A stretch of DNA of 64,000 nucleotides from Candidatus Sumerlaeaceae bacterium (GTDB lineage: Bacteria > Sumerlaeota > Sumerlaeia > Sumerlaeales > Sumerlaeaceae), in assembly GCA_051003195.1 (NCBI GenBank), contig JBPCLP010000003.1, positions 1 through 64,000 on the forward strand. Direction: 5' to 3'. A program made the position numbers and the translations under genes. Each line of letters opens with the position of its first letter. Position 1 is the stretch's first letter. This document shows positions 9,133 to 19,800 of the stretch, one piece after another. The notes under the pieces were generated by a model that made no database searches, was not told the DNA's origin, and saw only the letters and a program-made list of their open reading frames with translations.

Positions 9133-11379
9133 TTACTCGATTGCGAATCCGCTCAGTGTTACCGGAACTGCAACCGCATTGCCCGCGAACCAGTCGCTGA
9201 AGGAGGTCACTCCGGTGATCGTCAGGACGTTGTTGCTGGGGGTGACACTGAACGTGTTTTCCGGAGTCGCGTCGCCGTCGAACTGGTAAACCGTATCGAT
9301 GGGGTTTGTCGCATTCGCCGGGTCGTACTGCCACTCAATCGTGTTGCTACCACCCGTACTACCCGCTGAGGTTATCGTCAACGACTCGTTGAGAAGCTGT
9401 GCAGGCTGCTGGAAGTATGCAGGCGGTGAGCTAAGTGGCGACGTGCGTGCAACCGATACGTTGCCGGGAGTTGCGCCGCTCAATGTGATCGTCACGTCCT
9501 TGTCGTCAGTCATCGGGAAGACGAGCACGTCGTTGCCGCTTACCACGTTATGTGTCATGGCACCGTTTGTTGCAGTGTTCAGCACGACGAAGGTGTGGGC
9601 GGAACCCGGCACACTGTCGTTGTTGTTGGCGCTGTCAGTCGCGCGGGTAGCGAACTCGTACCGGCCATTGCCATCCACTGCCGTGTAGACAAACGTGCCG
9701 GCCGTGCCCGGAAGCGTAAGGCCCGAATCACTGAACGAACCAGCGCCGGCAGGCTTCACATAGAGCGTGGTTGTTGAAACGCCTGAGCCACTGTCGCTCG
9801 CTACGAAGTCAACGCTTAGGCTCGTCGTACCCGCACGTGTTTTGTCCGGGACTGAGGCCGCAGAGCTCGGCGGAATGCTGTCGAACGTTCTGCTGATGAC
9901 GTTGGAGATGAGGTTGGCATTGCTGGCCGCGTCCGTAAAGGTAGCGGCGTTAACTACAACACTCACCAGACCCTCGCCAGAAGGCACGAGGTCGAACGAG
10001 TAGCTGCTCAGAGAACCGGCAAAGTTGGCCACCGTTGCGTTGGTGGGGCTGACATCGCCAGCGGCAAAGTTGGTCGTGTCTTCGCTGGTCGATACTGTGA
10101 TTGCAATGTTGCCATTGGTTGGGTCTGCGGTGACGCTGCTTAACGCGATTGTTGGTCCGACGCTGTCAAAAGTCCTGCTGACCGTATTGGAAACTGTGTT
10201 TCCATTGCCTGCTGCATCCGTGTACGCACCGGCATTGATCACAGCCGAAAACAGTCCCTCCCCGGTCGGAGTCAGCGTGAAGCTGTAGCTGGACCCGGAG
10301 CCACTGAACCCGGAGACCGTAGCATTGGTTGGGGTAATATCGCCGGAAACAAAGTTCGTCGTAGATTCGCCGGTAGCGACGCTGACAGAAATTGCGGCTG
10401 ACACCGGGTCTCCTGCCGCTGAGCTAAGCGATGCAGCCGGTGCGACGCTGTCTATTGTGTAAGCTTCCCCGGTGTTAAAATCGCCGCCGGTCAGCACGTT
10501 CGTTCCAAGGTCAGTAATACCCGTGTTCAGGGTTTTGTCCAGGCGAACGACTCCGTTTCCGCTCATGCTCGAGACCGGGACATTCCACGTTGCGTTGGTT
10601 GCACCGGCGGTTGGCGTGCCAATAGTACCCGCTACGCTACCCGAAACGTTGGTAAAAGTAAAGTTCCCCGCTGCCACGCCAGTTACCTTCTCGCTGAAGG
10701 TCACGGTCCAATTGACGGTCGTCGCATTTGTGGGGTCCGTATTAACGCGTGTGATGGACGAGACAGAGGGCGCTGTGGAGTCTGTGCCCGTGACAGATAT
10801 ATTGGTCAGGATAAGCTGCCCGCCGTTATTGCCTGCGCTGTATCCTTGAAGGCGAAAGACGACGTTTGCATTGTTATCCAAAGCCGTAATCGCGCTGACA
10901 TTTACGTCACGATTTGCCGTCGTTGTTCCTACGGTAAAAGTGCCTGGCACTTGAGTAAATGTACCGCCTGTGCCAGTCGAACTGTAGGAGACGATAAGGG
11001 TTACCGGTCCGTTGGCGCTGCGCTGGTCGGTAAAGAGTAAATGAACTGCAGAAGCGTTGCTGGTGTTCGCAGTAATGTCGACGTAATCGGTCGCAGCTGC
11101 GGCTGCAACGGTTGGCCAACCACTATTGTTGTAAGTACTGCCGACGTTCTGATAGGTAACTCCGGCGCCGCGAATGATGGTCCCGGAATTCAGGTCGGTG
11201 TTCCCGCCGTTGGAATTGATTGGCGAGACAGCCGATCCGGGATTTAACTGAGCGTTTGTCCAGGAAGCGATTGTGACAGGCCCAGCTGCGGCCTCTCCCG
11301 AGGCGAGTATGATTGCCGGGCAGGCGAGAAGCGCCCATAATTTCCCCGAAAAGTGTTTTCCCAACAAATGGTTCTTCAT
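9133..11379 (-). CDS. Secreted Ig-like repeat surface protein (748 aa), tail VPVTLSGFAIE
   Basis: Signal peptide, Thr/Ser/Gly-rich beta-sandwich repeats (VTFSEKVTG; YTDAAGN), AAAGGA RBS; paralog of the upstream giant gene. Confidence 0.9.
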   Translation of the reverse strand: MKNHLLGKHFSGKLWALLACPAIILASGEAAAGPVTIASWTNAQLNPGSAVSPINSNGGNTDLNSGTIIRGAGVTYQNVGSTYNNSGWPTVAAAAATDYVDITANTSNASAVHLLFTDQRSANGPVTLIVSYSSTGTGGTFTQVPGTFTVGTTTANRDVNVSAITALDNNANVVFRLQGYSAGNNGGQLILTNISVTGTDSTAPSVSSITRVNTDPTNATTVNWTVTFSEKVTGVAAGNFTFTNVSGSVAGTIGTPTAGATNATWNVPVSSMSGNGVVRLDKTLNTGITDLGTNVLTGGDFNTGEAYTIDSVAPAASLSSAAGDPVSAAISVSVATGESTTNFVSGDITPTNATVSGFSGSGSSYSFTLTPTGEGLFSAVINAGAYTDAAGNGNTVSNTVSRTFDSVGPTIALSSVTADPTNGNIAITVSTSEDTTNFAAGDVSPTNATVANFAGSLSSYSFDLVPSGEGLVSVVVNAATFTDAASNANLISNVISRTFDSIPPSSAASVPDKTRAGTTSLSVDFVASDSGSGVSTTTLYVKPAGAGSFSDSGLTLPGTAGTFVYTAVDGNGRYEFATRATDSANNNDSVPGSAHTFVVLNTATNGAMTHNVVSGNDVLVFPMTDDKDVTITLSGATPGNVSVARTSPLSSPPAYFQQPAQLLNESLTITSAGSTGGSNTIEWQYDPANATNPIDTVYQFDGDATPENTFSVTPSNNVLTITGVTSFSDWFAGNAVAVPVTLSGFAIE

Positions 11380-11695
11380 GATGTAGTCCTTTCAGGAACT
11401 CGCTGCTGGTCGCGCCGAGCTTCCTTTACAATTTAGGCAGTGGTGTGGCCACGCCGTGTGTGTTCAAACAGGGTCGCAAGATAGAGAGACGCTGCCGAAC
11501 CCGTTGATATCTCCACTTTTGCGCAAAGGAGGTCAAGCACAAAACGTGTAAATTCGAACAAATCGCACATGGTTGACGTTAGGCGTGTTAGATGCATAAC
11601 CTGCCTCTTTTAACACCATCAAACGATTATTTTGATGCACAATTTTCATGCGCTCGATCAACCGACAACGGCTTAAGATCTTGCGTCAAACGGGG

Positions 11696-14600
11696 TTATT
11701 CGTAGCTCGTCCAGTCCTGAGCCGCCGTCGGCCCTACCGCTGCCGAATTGCCGGCGTACCACTCCGAAAACGTCGTAATCCCTGTAACTGTTACGGTCGC
11801 CCCATTTACTGCCGGAATATACGACTGTTGCAGTACACCCGACTCAAACCGCCATACCTTATTAATCACATCGATGGGTGGATTATCCAACGGCCACTCA
11901 AGCGATGCCGTGCCGTCACCGGCTCCGGCCCTGGTAATCGTTAGAGATTCATCGGCCAGCCTGGCAGGGTCCGCGAAGTACGCAGGTGCCGGCGCAAGGG
12001 CCGGCGCACGCGATACCGTGTAAGTGGTTCCGACACTCGCACCCGAAAGCGTGATCGTCACATCGAGATCGTCGAGCATTGGGAACACCAGCGCATCATT
12101 GCCGCTTTCGCTTGCGCTCGCATACGCCCCATTTGCGACCGCATTAAACAGCACAATTGTTCCAGGTCCAGTTGGAATGGCCTGCGCGTTTCCTGCCAAA
12201 TCCGTGGATCGGGCCGCAAACTGGTATCGGCCGGTGCCTGCAACCGGTGTGTACATGAAGGTGCCGCTCGTACCTGCCGATGCTTGCAAACCACTGTCCG
12301 CAAAGACAGACGAAACAGGTGTCTTAACGTACAGCTTAGTTGAAGCAATTCCCCCGAGGTCCGCCGCCGTGAAGTTAATTGGAAGCAGCGCCACTCCGGC
12401 GCGTGTGTAATCCACCACAGAGGATGAGGAAACTGGTAACGTAATATCATAGGTGGCACTGATCGAATTAGATGCTGTGTTCGCGTTTCCGCCGCCATCA
12501 CTGAACTTGCCCGCTCCCACACTGGCGCTTACTGCACCTTCGGCGGCAGGAACAAGGTTGAACGAGTAACTGCTGCCCGAACCGCCAAAGCCAGAAACGG
12601 TCGCATTCGTTCCGCTGATGTCGGAGGCATCGAAGTCGGTTGTTGCCTCGCTGATTGTAACAGACACCGCAATTGTGGCATTGGTTACCGACGGTGCACC
12701 GGTGCTTAGAGTGATCGTGGGGGAAGTGCTGTCAAAGGTCCGGCTTAACAGGTTTGATGCGGCATTTCCGTTTGTTGCGGCATCGTGGAACTTGTCCGCA
12801 TTTACGCTCGCGGTCGCAACACCCTGCGCTGTCGGCGCGAGGTCAAAGGAATAGCCCGTTCCAGACCCGGCGAAGTTCGCTACGGTCGCATTCGTTGCAG
12901 TGATATCCGACGCATCCAGGTCAGCCGTCGCTTCGTTCGTTACCACGGTTACTGCGATCACAGTATTCGCAACCGGAGGCGCGGCGCTGCTCAGGACGAT
13001 GGTCGGTGACGTACTGTCGAATGTCAGGCTCAACAGATTCGACGCTGTGTTGCCATTCGTTGCAGTGTCGTGGAACTTGTCGAGATCGACACTCGTGTCT
13101 ACGGGACCGTCCACCGTCGGGATGAGATTATAGGTGTAATTGGTTCCAGAGCCGCTGAAGTTTGCCACAGTGGCATTCGTCGCGTTTACATCCGCCGCGC
13201 TGAAGTCAGTCGTGGCTTCGCTGATGGTAGCAATAACCGGTATCGTCGCATTTGTAACGGCCGGCGCAACGGTGCTCAGAAGGATCGTGGGCGACGTGCT
13301 GTCAAAACCGCGAACTAACGTATTGGATATGAGGTTGGCATTGCCCACCGAGTCGTGGAATGTGCCGGGATCGACGTTCGTGCTTACAAGTCCGTCCGTC
13401 ACGGGTAATAGATCGAACGAATAACTGGTTCCCGACCCGCTAAAGTTCGCGATTGTTGCGTTTGCAACGTTCACGTCGCCCGCGTCGAAATCGACCGTCG
13501 ATTCGCTGATGAGCACCGTTACGGGAATTGTGGCATTTGTGGACGCCGGAGCGATGGTGCTCAGGAGAATAGTCGGCGGAGTACTATCGAAGGTTCGGCT
13601 TATCGTATTCGAAACAATGTTCGCGTTCGTCGCCGAATCGTGGAAAGCTCCGGCCGGCACGTTGGCCGAAAACAGTCCGTCACTGGTCGGGACCAGGTCG
13701 AACGAATATGTCGTACCCGAACCACTGAAGTTAGCCACCGTTGCGTTTGTCGGATTTATATCTACTGCCCCGAAGTCAGTCGCCGATTCACTCAGGAGCA
13801 CGCTGATCGTGATGGCAGCATTGGTTGGATCCGGATCCGTGCAGGTTAAGCTGATTGTCGGTGCAATACTATCGAACGTATGCGTCAGCACATTCGACGG
13901 CAGGTTCAAATTCGTCGCGCCATCCTGGAACACATTGGCAGCCACGGCGGCACTTACCAGTCCCTGGGCGATTGGAACAAGGTCAAAGGTATAACTGCTT
14001 CCCGAACCTGCGAAGTTCGCCACGTTTGCATTCGTCGTCGTTACGTCGCCTGACGTGAAATCGCTGGTCGGCTTGTTGCTGACGGCTGTGACGGCGATAT
14101 TGCCGTTTGAAGGATTCGGCGTTACTGTGTTCAGTGTCATGGTTGGTTGTGCCGTATCCCACGCACGGGTCAAGACGTTGGAAGCGGTATTCGGATTTCC
14201 AGCGGCGTCATGAAACTGACTCGCATTCACCGTGACCGACAGCAGCCCGGGCGAGTTACCAACCAGGTCAAACGAGTAGCTCGTACCGGAACCTGAGAAG
14301 TTGCTGACCGTCGCATTTGTCGGGGTAATGTCTCCTGCGGAAAAGTCCGTGGTCGCTTCTGTCGTGACGACTGTGACCACGATCGTTGCGTTGGTAGGAT
14401 CGGGTGATACGCTGCTAAGGGTGATTCCCGGCGAGACATTATCCACCTGGAACGTTGCGGATGGACCCACGGCCGGTGCAGTAAGTCCCCCGCAGGCCGT
14501 GGCGGTGCCTGCTGCAATCGAGATGCCGATCGTGCCATTGCCCGTGATGCCTGATATCTGCACGGTGGGGTTCGCTGTAGTGCCATTCAGAACGGTAACG

Positions 14601-17600
14601 GCACCCGAAGCAAATCCCGTGGTGTTTAGCGTTACGTCGGCGGCTGTCAGGTTATAGCTCACCGCGCCGGAATACGTTATCGAATAGTTCACCGGACCCG
14701 CGCTCGTGAGCGCAGTAGACGGACTTCCGATCAGGATCCCAGGAGCCGGCTCGCGAACGTCTAATGTTCCTACAACGTTGGTGTTATCAGATGGATTGGA
14801 ATCCGCGTCGCCGTTTTGGGCAGTCCCAAGCGTCGTTACCAAACCGCAAACCGTGCTGGTTACGGGAACCGTGAGGTCAACAAAAGCCCCTACCGCGAGC
14901 GTTCCAACCTGGAGCGTCACGATATTGCTGGCCAGCACCGGTGTGCCTGACGTCGCGCTGACGCTGCCGACTATTACACTCGCAGGCAGGTCGTGTGTCA
15001 GCGTGATAGCTTCCGCCGGGTCGGGACCATTGTTTGTCACGCGAACCGTGAAGGTCGAACCGCTGCCAACTTGAATTGGTGTGGGCGCCGCAACGTTAGT
15101 AACAACCAGATTGGCGACGGTACCGACCAGGTTGATCGCGGTAGCCGCGCTGTCGGCCGAATTCGTATCCAGCTCATTGGCGAGCACTGTAGCCGTATTA
15201 ATGATCGTGCCGGACTCATCCACGGTGACCGTAATTTGAACCGTGCGGCTGTCACCTGGAGCAATGCTCGCCCACGTGACCTGCACAAGGCCGCTGTTTT
15301 CGACGAGTACTCCGCCTCCGGATGCGGAGCCAGAATTGTAGGTTACTTCTAAAGGCAGCGAATCTGTCATCACCACATTCGTCGCGATGTAGGGCCCTGC
15401 ATTGGAGACTGTCATATTGTAAGTAATAGTCCCGCCGTTCAAAGGAACTGGAGGCGTTCCCGTTTTCGTGATCGTTAATTCGGCGGTTGGTGTCAGGCTG
15501 CACGGGCTCGGGCCATTGTTTATATCCGCGGTCTGAAGGCCCAGTGACCAGCAGTTAAGCGTTCCAATGTTCGTTGGCTTGGTATCGGACATACGCAGCT
15601 TCCACACCCCGTTGATAACGGATGCAGGTTTGCCGCGCAGGAGCGTGGCAAATGGAACCTCAGGATTAAAGGTCCCAACATAAGGACTGGCACCTGCCGA
15701 GATTGAAGTGCCGGCCGCATCACTGAACGTAGTGCGCTGGTTATCTGCGCAACCGCTGCCGAAGTTTGCACCGGAGTTGCCGCCACGTTTGCTCACGAGG
15801 CTGACGATAGTCCCATCTGGCGCCACGAGGCTCACACGCAAGTCTCTGCTTTTCGGGTGGGTGATGTTAATCGAAACTGTCGTATCGGCTAGCACGCCGC
15901 TCAAGCCGGACACCGTGATCGGCGAATCGATTGTACTGGAACGCCCATTGCGAGGTGAGTCCGGAATTGCGACCGGGGTTGTGTTGTCGAAGCGATAGCT
16001 GGTTCGCGACGGCGCTGCAGTCTGGAACGAGAGCGGTACCGGACCAACAGTCGTGTTCAAGGTAACGTCGAATACTGGAGGGACAATACCCGAGAATGCA
16101 TTGGTGGTGCTTACAAAGAAAAAGAACGTGTTCGCGGCAGATGCGCCGGGAGCGAGATCCGGATAAATCGAACTGCCCTGGGAAATAAAAGCGCCTGCGG
16201 CACTGGTGGCCAGCGTGGCGCTGAGGCTGGTTGCCGTTGAGGCACTTAGATTCTTAATGGTAACACTGATCGATGTGCACTCGATCGGCTCGATAATATT
16301 GTCTCCATCTCCACCGCCAATCGTGAAGCTTTCGATGATAAACGAGGGATGTACGAGCGTATAAACTTCACCCGTTGTGAATCCTGCCGTCAGTGCATTG
16401 TTAACGAGGTCGCGGACGTTCGCCAGATTGGCATTCAGATTCAGTCGCAATGTACCGTCGCCAGTAACACCCGTAATGGTCACTGTACGCGTGGCGCCGG
16501 TGCCCGTTACCGAGCTGATTGTGCCGGCGACGCCGCCTGTCGTCGTGAGACTAAAGTTGTTAAGGGCCACGCCAGTGACAGATTCGCTGAAGGTAACCAG
16601 GTAACCAAGTGTCGCGCTGTTGGTCGGGCTGGCCCCGGTGCGGGCGATGGATACGACGGCAGGCGCCGTATGGTCGACCGTGTACACCTGTCCTGTGGTA
16701 AATGCCACCGGATTGTTGCCAACTGCGTCAATGATACCAGCGAGATTTTGATTAAGGTCTAATCGCAGTGTACCATCGCCGACCAGCGTATTGACGGTTA
16801 CGGTATAGCTGGCTCCACTGCCAACTACATTGCTCACCGAGCCTGTTACCGTACCTGTACCAACTGCTGTAAAGTTTGCAGTGCCGAGCCCTGTTACGTT
16901 CTCAGAGAATGTGACCGTAAAGTTGACGCTAGTTGCATTGGTCGGATCTGCACTTGCGCGGTTGATGGACATAACTGCCGGCGGTGTTTGATCGATGGTA
17001 TAAGACTGTCCGGTCGTGAACGCCGCAGCGAGGCTGTTGCCGATACTGTCCGTAATAGAGGCAAGGCTCAGGTTCAGGTCGACCTGCAGAGTCCCGGTGC
17101 CGGCGACCGTGATTACTGGCACGTTCCATGTAGTACCACTGCCAGTGACGGTACCTATCGTGCCCGTTACTCCGGCTCCCACCACACTGAAATTCGCGGC
17201 CGAAACACCGGTAACCGATTCGCTGAAAGTGACGGTGAAATTGACGGTCGTCGCGTTTGTCGGATTCGTATTAGCGCGATTGATCGACGCTACAGCGGGA
17301 CCTTGATCGATCGTATAGGTTTCACCAGTCGTGAACGTGGCCGCCAACGGATTAGCGAGACTATCAACTATTGTGGTAATGTTCTGGTCGAGGTTCAGGC
17401 CGAGAGTACCGTTTCCGGCCACGCCCGTAATTGTTACATTTCGAGTGGCGCCAGTACCTGTAATTGCGCCGATTGTCCCCGTGGCGGTACCGGTGAGAGC
17501 AAGGCTGAAGTTCGCTCCCGTGACGCCTGTCACCGATTCACTGAAGGTCACTGTAAAGTTCACCGTGGCTGCAAACGTGGGGCTGGCGTTCACACGCGTG

Positions 17601-19471
17601 ACCGAGGAAACGCTGGGCGCTACGCGATCGACGGTATAGCTCTGGCCAGCAGAAAACGCAACGCTAAGTGGGTTGCCAACTGTATCAGCAATACTGGATA
17701 AATTCTGGTCCAGGTCCAGTCGCAGAGTTCCGCTGCCGCTAAGCGAATTCACAGTAACTGTGTAAGAGGCTCCGCTACCGCTCACATTGCTGACGGTGCC
17801 TGTTGCGCCGACGCCGACCGCCGTGAAACTGGCAGTCGATACACCGGTTACACTCTCGCTGAACGTTACCGTGAAATTGACAGAGGCAGCGTTCGTCGGG
17901 TTGACGTCGGCACGATTAATCGAGGATACTGTCGGCGCGGTTTGATCGATATTATAGGCCTGACCGGTGGTGAAAGAGGCGCTCAATGGATTCGCCGTGC
18001 CGTCCGTGATGCCGGTCAGGTTCTGGTCCAGGCTGACCTTGATCGTGCCCGTGCCAGAGACCGAGGTCACCGGAACATTCCAGGTTGTTCCACTCCCGGT
18101 AACGGTTCCGAGCGAACCCGTGACACCAGTTCCCACAACAGTGAAGTTACTCGTGGTAACTCCGGTTACAGATTCGGTGAAGGTCACCGTGAAGTTCACC
18201 GTGGTTGCATTGGTTGGATTTGTGTCGGCCCGGTTGATGGACGACACGGAGGGGGGCTGGTCTATCGTGTAGAATTGACCGGTCGTAAAGGTGCCGGCGA
18301 GAGGGTTAGTAACCGTATCGATTATCGTGGTGATGTTCTGATCGAGATTTAGTCCTATCGTCCCATTTCCGCTCACGGAGTTGACGGCTACGTTTCGTGT
18401 GGCGCCGGTCCCGGTGACGGCACCTATGCTGCCACCGGCAGACCCAGTCAGCACGAGCGAGAAGTTACCGGATGTGACTCCGGTCACGGACTCGCTGAAT
18501 GTAACCAGGAAATTCACAGTGGATGCGGCAGTCGGATTCGGATCCACGCGGGTGATCGACGTCACGGTCGGGACTGTCTGGTCGACGCTGTAACTCTGCC
18601 CTGTTGTAAAAGCCGCCGCCACGGCATTGCTCGCCGCGTCCTGGATGTTCGCAAGGTTCTGGTCCAGGTTTAATTTAAGTGTACCACTCCCGCTCACGGA
18701 AGTCACCGGAACGTTCCACGTGGTGCCGCTGCCGGTCACCGTTCCAATCGCGCCGGTGACGCCACTTCCAACCAGCGTGAAGTTATTAGCCGCAACCCCC
18801 GTTACCGACTCGCTAAATGTAACCGTGAAGTTTACCGTTGTCGCGTTGGTTGGGTTCGTATTTGTCCGGTTGATCGAACTGACTGTGGGCGCTACAATGT
18901 CTGTGCCCGTAACCGAGATGCTGGCGAACTGGCATTGCCCCCCGTTGGTGCTGGCGTTATATCCATGCAGTCGAAAAACGACATTTGCATTGTTATTGAG
19001 CGCTGTAATCGCGGACACATTGATGGTGCGTGCAGTCGCAATACCATTTACCGGGGCTACCGTGCTCGCGAGGGTAAAGGATGCTCCGCCATTGGAGCTG
19101 TACCAGACACCTACGTTGGTCGGTCCATTAGCATTTCGCAGGTCCGTAAAAAGCAGGTTAATGCTTCCAAAGCCCGAGGTGTTGACCGCGATTTCCACAT
19201 AATCGCCACCAAAGGTGGGCTGCGCTGCCGTCCCGGCCTGGTTCCAACTGCTACTGTTGTACGCATTGGCCGTGGCTTGATAGGTAAGCGAGCTGCCGCG
19301 CGATACTGATCCAGTTCCGCTGGCTGCCGCCACACTACCAGCGGTATTCAGATTGGCGTTGTTCCAGGTGGCAACCGTAGCTGCGCAAGCAGGTCCGGAC
19401 AAACCGAAGACACCGGAAAGTCCCAGGACAATTATTGCTCCAAGCCGCAATCTTAAATAGGTGAATTCCAT
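11696..19471 (-). CDS. Giant secreted adhesin-like protein (2591 aa), tail TAAQDWTSYE
   Basis: Signal peptide; 8 copies of a ~105-aa repeat (PTNATTVNFTVTFSESVTGV); proprotein-convertase P-domain-like region (ITHPKSRDLRVSLVAPDGT..NGVWKLRMSD); two DUF11-like units; 7 copies of a ~95-aa repeat (SGSGTSYSFDL..FHD..N.N). Confidence 0.93.
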   Translation of the reverse strand: MEFTYLRLRLGAIIVLGLSGVFGLSGPACAATVATWNNANLNTAGSVAAASGTGSVSRGSSLTYQATANAYNSSSWNQAGTAAQPTFGGDYVEIAVNTSGFGSINLLFTDLRNANGPTNVGVWYSSNGGASFTLASTVAPVNGIATARTINVSAITALNNNANVVFRLHGYNASTNGGQCQFASISVTGTDIVAPTVSSINRTNTNPTNATTVNFTVTFSESVTGVAANNFTLVGSGVTGAIGTVTGSGTTWNVPVTSVSGSGTLKLNLDQNLANIQDAASNAVAAAFTTGQSYSVDQTVPTVTSITRVDPNPTAASTVNFLVTFSESVTGVTSGNFSLVLTGSAGGSIGAVTGTGATRNVAVNSVSGNGTIGLNLDQNITTIIDTVTNPLAGTFTTGQFYTIDQPPSVSSINRADTNPTNATTVNFTVTFTESVTGVTTSNFTVVGTGVTGSLGTVTGSGTTWNVPVTSVSGTGTIKVSLDQNLTGITDGTANPLSASFTTGQAYNIDQTAPTVSSINRADVNPTNAASVNFTVTFSESVTGVSTASFTAVGVGATGTVSNVSGSGASYTVTVNSLSGSGTLRLDLDQNLSSIADTVGNPLSVAFSAGQSYTVDRVAPSVSSVTRVNASPTFAATVNFTVTFSESVTGVTGANFSLALTGTATGTIGAITGTGATRNVTITGVAGNGTLGLNLDQNITTIVDSLANPLAATFTTGETYTIDQGPAVASINRANTNPTNATTVNFTVTFSESVTGVSAANFSVVGAGVTGTIGTVTGSGTTWNVPVITVAGTGTLQVDLNLSLASITDSIGNSLAAAFTTGQSYTIDQTPPAVMSINRASADPTNATSVNFTVTFSENVTGLGTANFTAVGTGTVTGSVSNVVGSGASYTVTVNTLVGDGTLRLDLNQNLAGIIDAVGNNPVAFTTGQVYTVDHTAPAVVSIARTGASPTNSATLGYLVTFSESVTGVALNNFSLTTTGGVAGTISSVTGTGATRTVTITGVTGDGTLRLNLNANLANVRDLVNNALTAGFTTGEVYTLVHPSFIIESFTIGGGDGDNIIEPIECTSISVTIKNLSASTATSLSATLATSAAGAFISQGSSIYPDLAPGASAANTFFFFVSTTNAFSGIVPPVFDVTLNTTVGPVPLSFQTAAPSRTSYRFDNTTPVAIPDSPRNGRSSTIDSPITVSGLSGVLADTTVSINITHPKSRDLRVSLVAPDGTIVSLVSKRGGNSGANFGSGCADNQRTTFSDAAGTSISAGASPYVGTFNPEVPFATLLRGKPASVINGVWKLRMSDTKPTNIGTLNCWSLGLQTADINNGPSPCSLTPTAELTITKTGTPPVPLNGGTITYNMTVSNAGPYIATNVVMTDSLPLEVTYNSGSASGGGVLVENSGLVQVTWASIAPGDSRTVQITVTVDESGTIINTATVLANELDTNSADSAATAINLVGTVANLVVTNVAAPTPIQVGSGSTFTVRVTNNGPDPAEAITLTHDLPASVIVGSVSATSGTPVLASNIVTLQVGTLAVGAFVDLTVPVTSTVCGLVTTLGTAQNGDADSNPSDNTNVVGTLDVREPAPGILIGSPSTALTSAGPVNYSITYSGAVSYNLTAADVTLNTTGFASGAVTVLNGTTANPTVQISGITGNGTIGISIAAGTATACGGLTAPAVGPSATFQVDNVSPGITLSSVSPDPTNATIVVTVVTTEATTDFSAGDITPTNATVSNFSGSGTSYSFDLVGNSPGLLSVTVNASQFHDAAGNPNTASNVLTRAWDTAQPTMTLNTVTPNPSNGNIAVTAVSNKPTSDFTSGDVTTTNANVANFAGSGSSYTFDLVPIAQGLVSAAVAANVFQDGATNLNLPSNVLTHTFDSIAPTISLTCTDPDPTNAAITISVLLSESATDFGAVDINPTNATVANFSGSGTTYSFDLVPTSDGLFSANVPAGAFHDSATNANIVSNTISRTFDSTPPTILLSTIAPASTNATIPVTVLISESTVDFDAGDVNVANATIANFSGSGTSYSFDLLPVTDGLVSTNVDPGTFHDSVGNANLISNTLVRGFDSTSPTILLSTVAPAVTNATIPVIATISEATTDFSAADVNATNATVANFSGSGTNYTYNLIPTVDGPVDTSVDLDKFHDTATNGNTASNLLSLTFDSTSPTIVLSSAAPPVANTVIAVTVVTNEATADLDASDITATNATVANFAGSGTGYSFDLAPTAQGVATASVNADKFHDAATNGNAASNLLSRTFDSTSPTITLSTGAPSVTNATIAVSVTISEATTDFDASDISGTNATVSGFGGSGSSYSFNLVPAAEGAVSASVGAGKFSDGGGNANTASNSISATYDITLPVSSSSVVDYTRAGVALLPINFTAADLGGIASTKLYVKTPVSSVFADSGLQASAGTSGTFMYTPVAGTGRYQFAARSTDLAGNAQAIPTGPGTIVLFNAVANGAYASASESGNDALVFPMLDDLDVTITLSGASVGTTYTVSRAPALAPAPAYFADPARLADESLTITRAGAGDGTASLEWPLDNPPIDVINKVWRFESGVLQQSYIPAVNGATVTVTGITTFSEWYAGNSAAVGPTAAQDWTSYE

Positions 19472-19800
19472 TATAGACCTCTGATATTACTTGCGATATC
19501 GCGTATGAATGCTTGCTCAAATTCATGAGCAAAGAGCTGTGCTGACTACCGGTGATTGGGTGTCAGCGCAATTCCTTGTTCATGTCTGATGTTCACCCGT
19601 TGTACCGGATGAGAGAGCTGAGGGCGATGGAGGAACGCCCCACCAGGACTGACTTCGAAGGACACGTCAAGCAAAAGTGCAGGCCACTGCACGATTTTTG
19701 TGCAAAGTGGATTCTTGCGACGACATTTGTCGTTTTCGCGCCACCCGGCCGCTTCCCCAAAAAAGTTGAACTGCCAGGATGCGTCACGCCTCGTTCCGCC

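Noticed and set aside
11380..11695. Riboswitch or ncRNA between the two adhesin genes
   Set aside because: No recognisable c-di-GMP or other aptamer consensus by eye; would need an Rfam search
19552..19800. N-terminal extension of the alpha/beta hydrolase given by the ORF track
   Set aside because: A Tat-like leader begins at 19801; the upstream sequence is more plausibly a divergent promoter region
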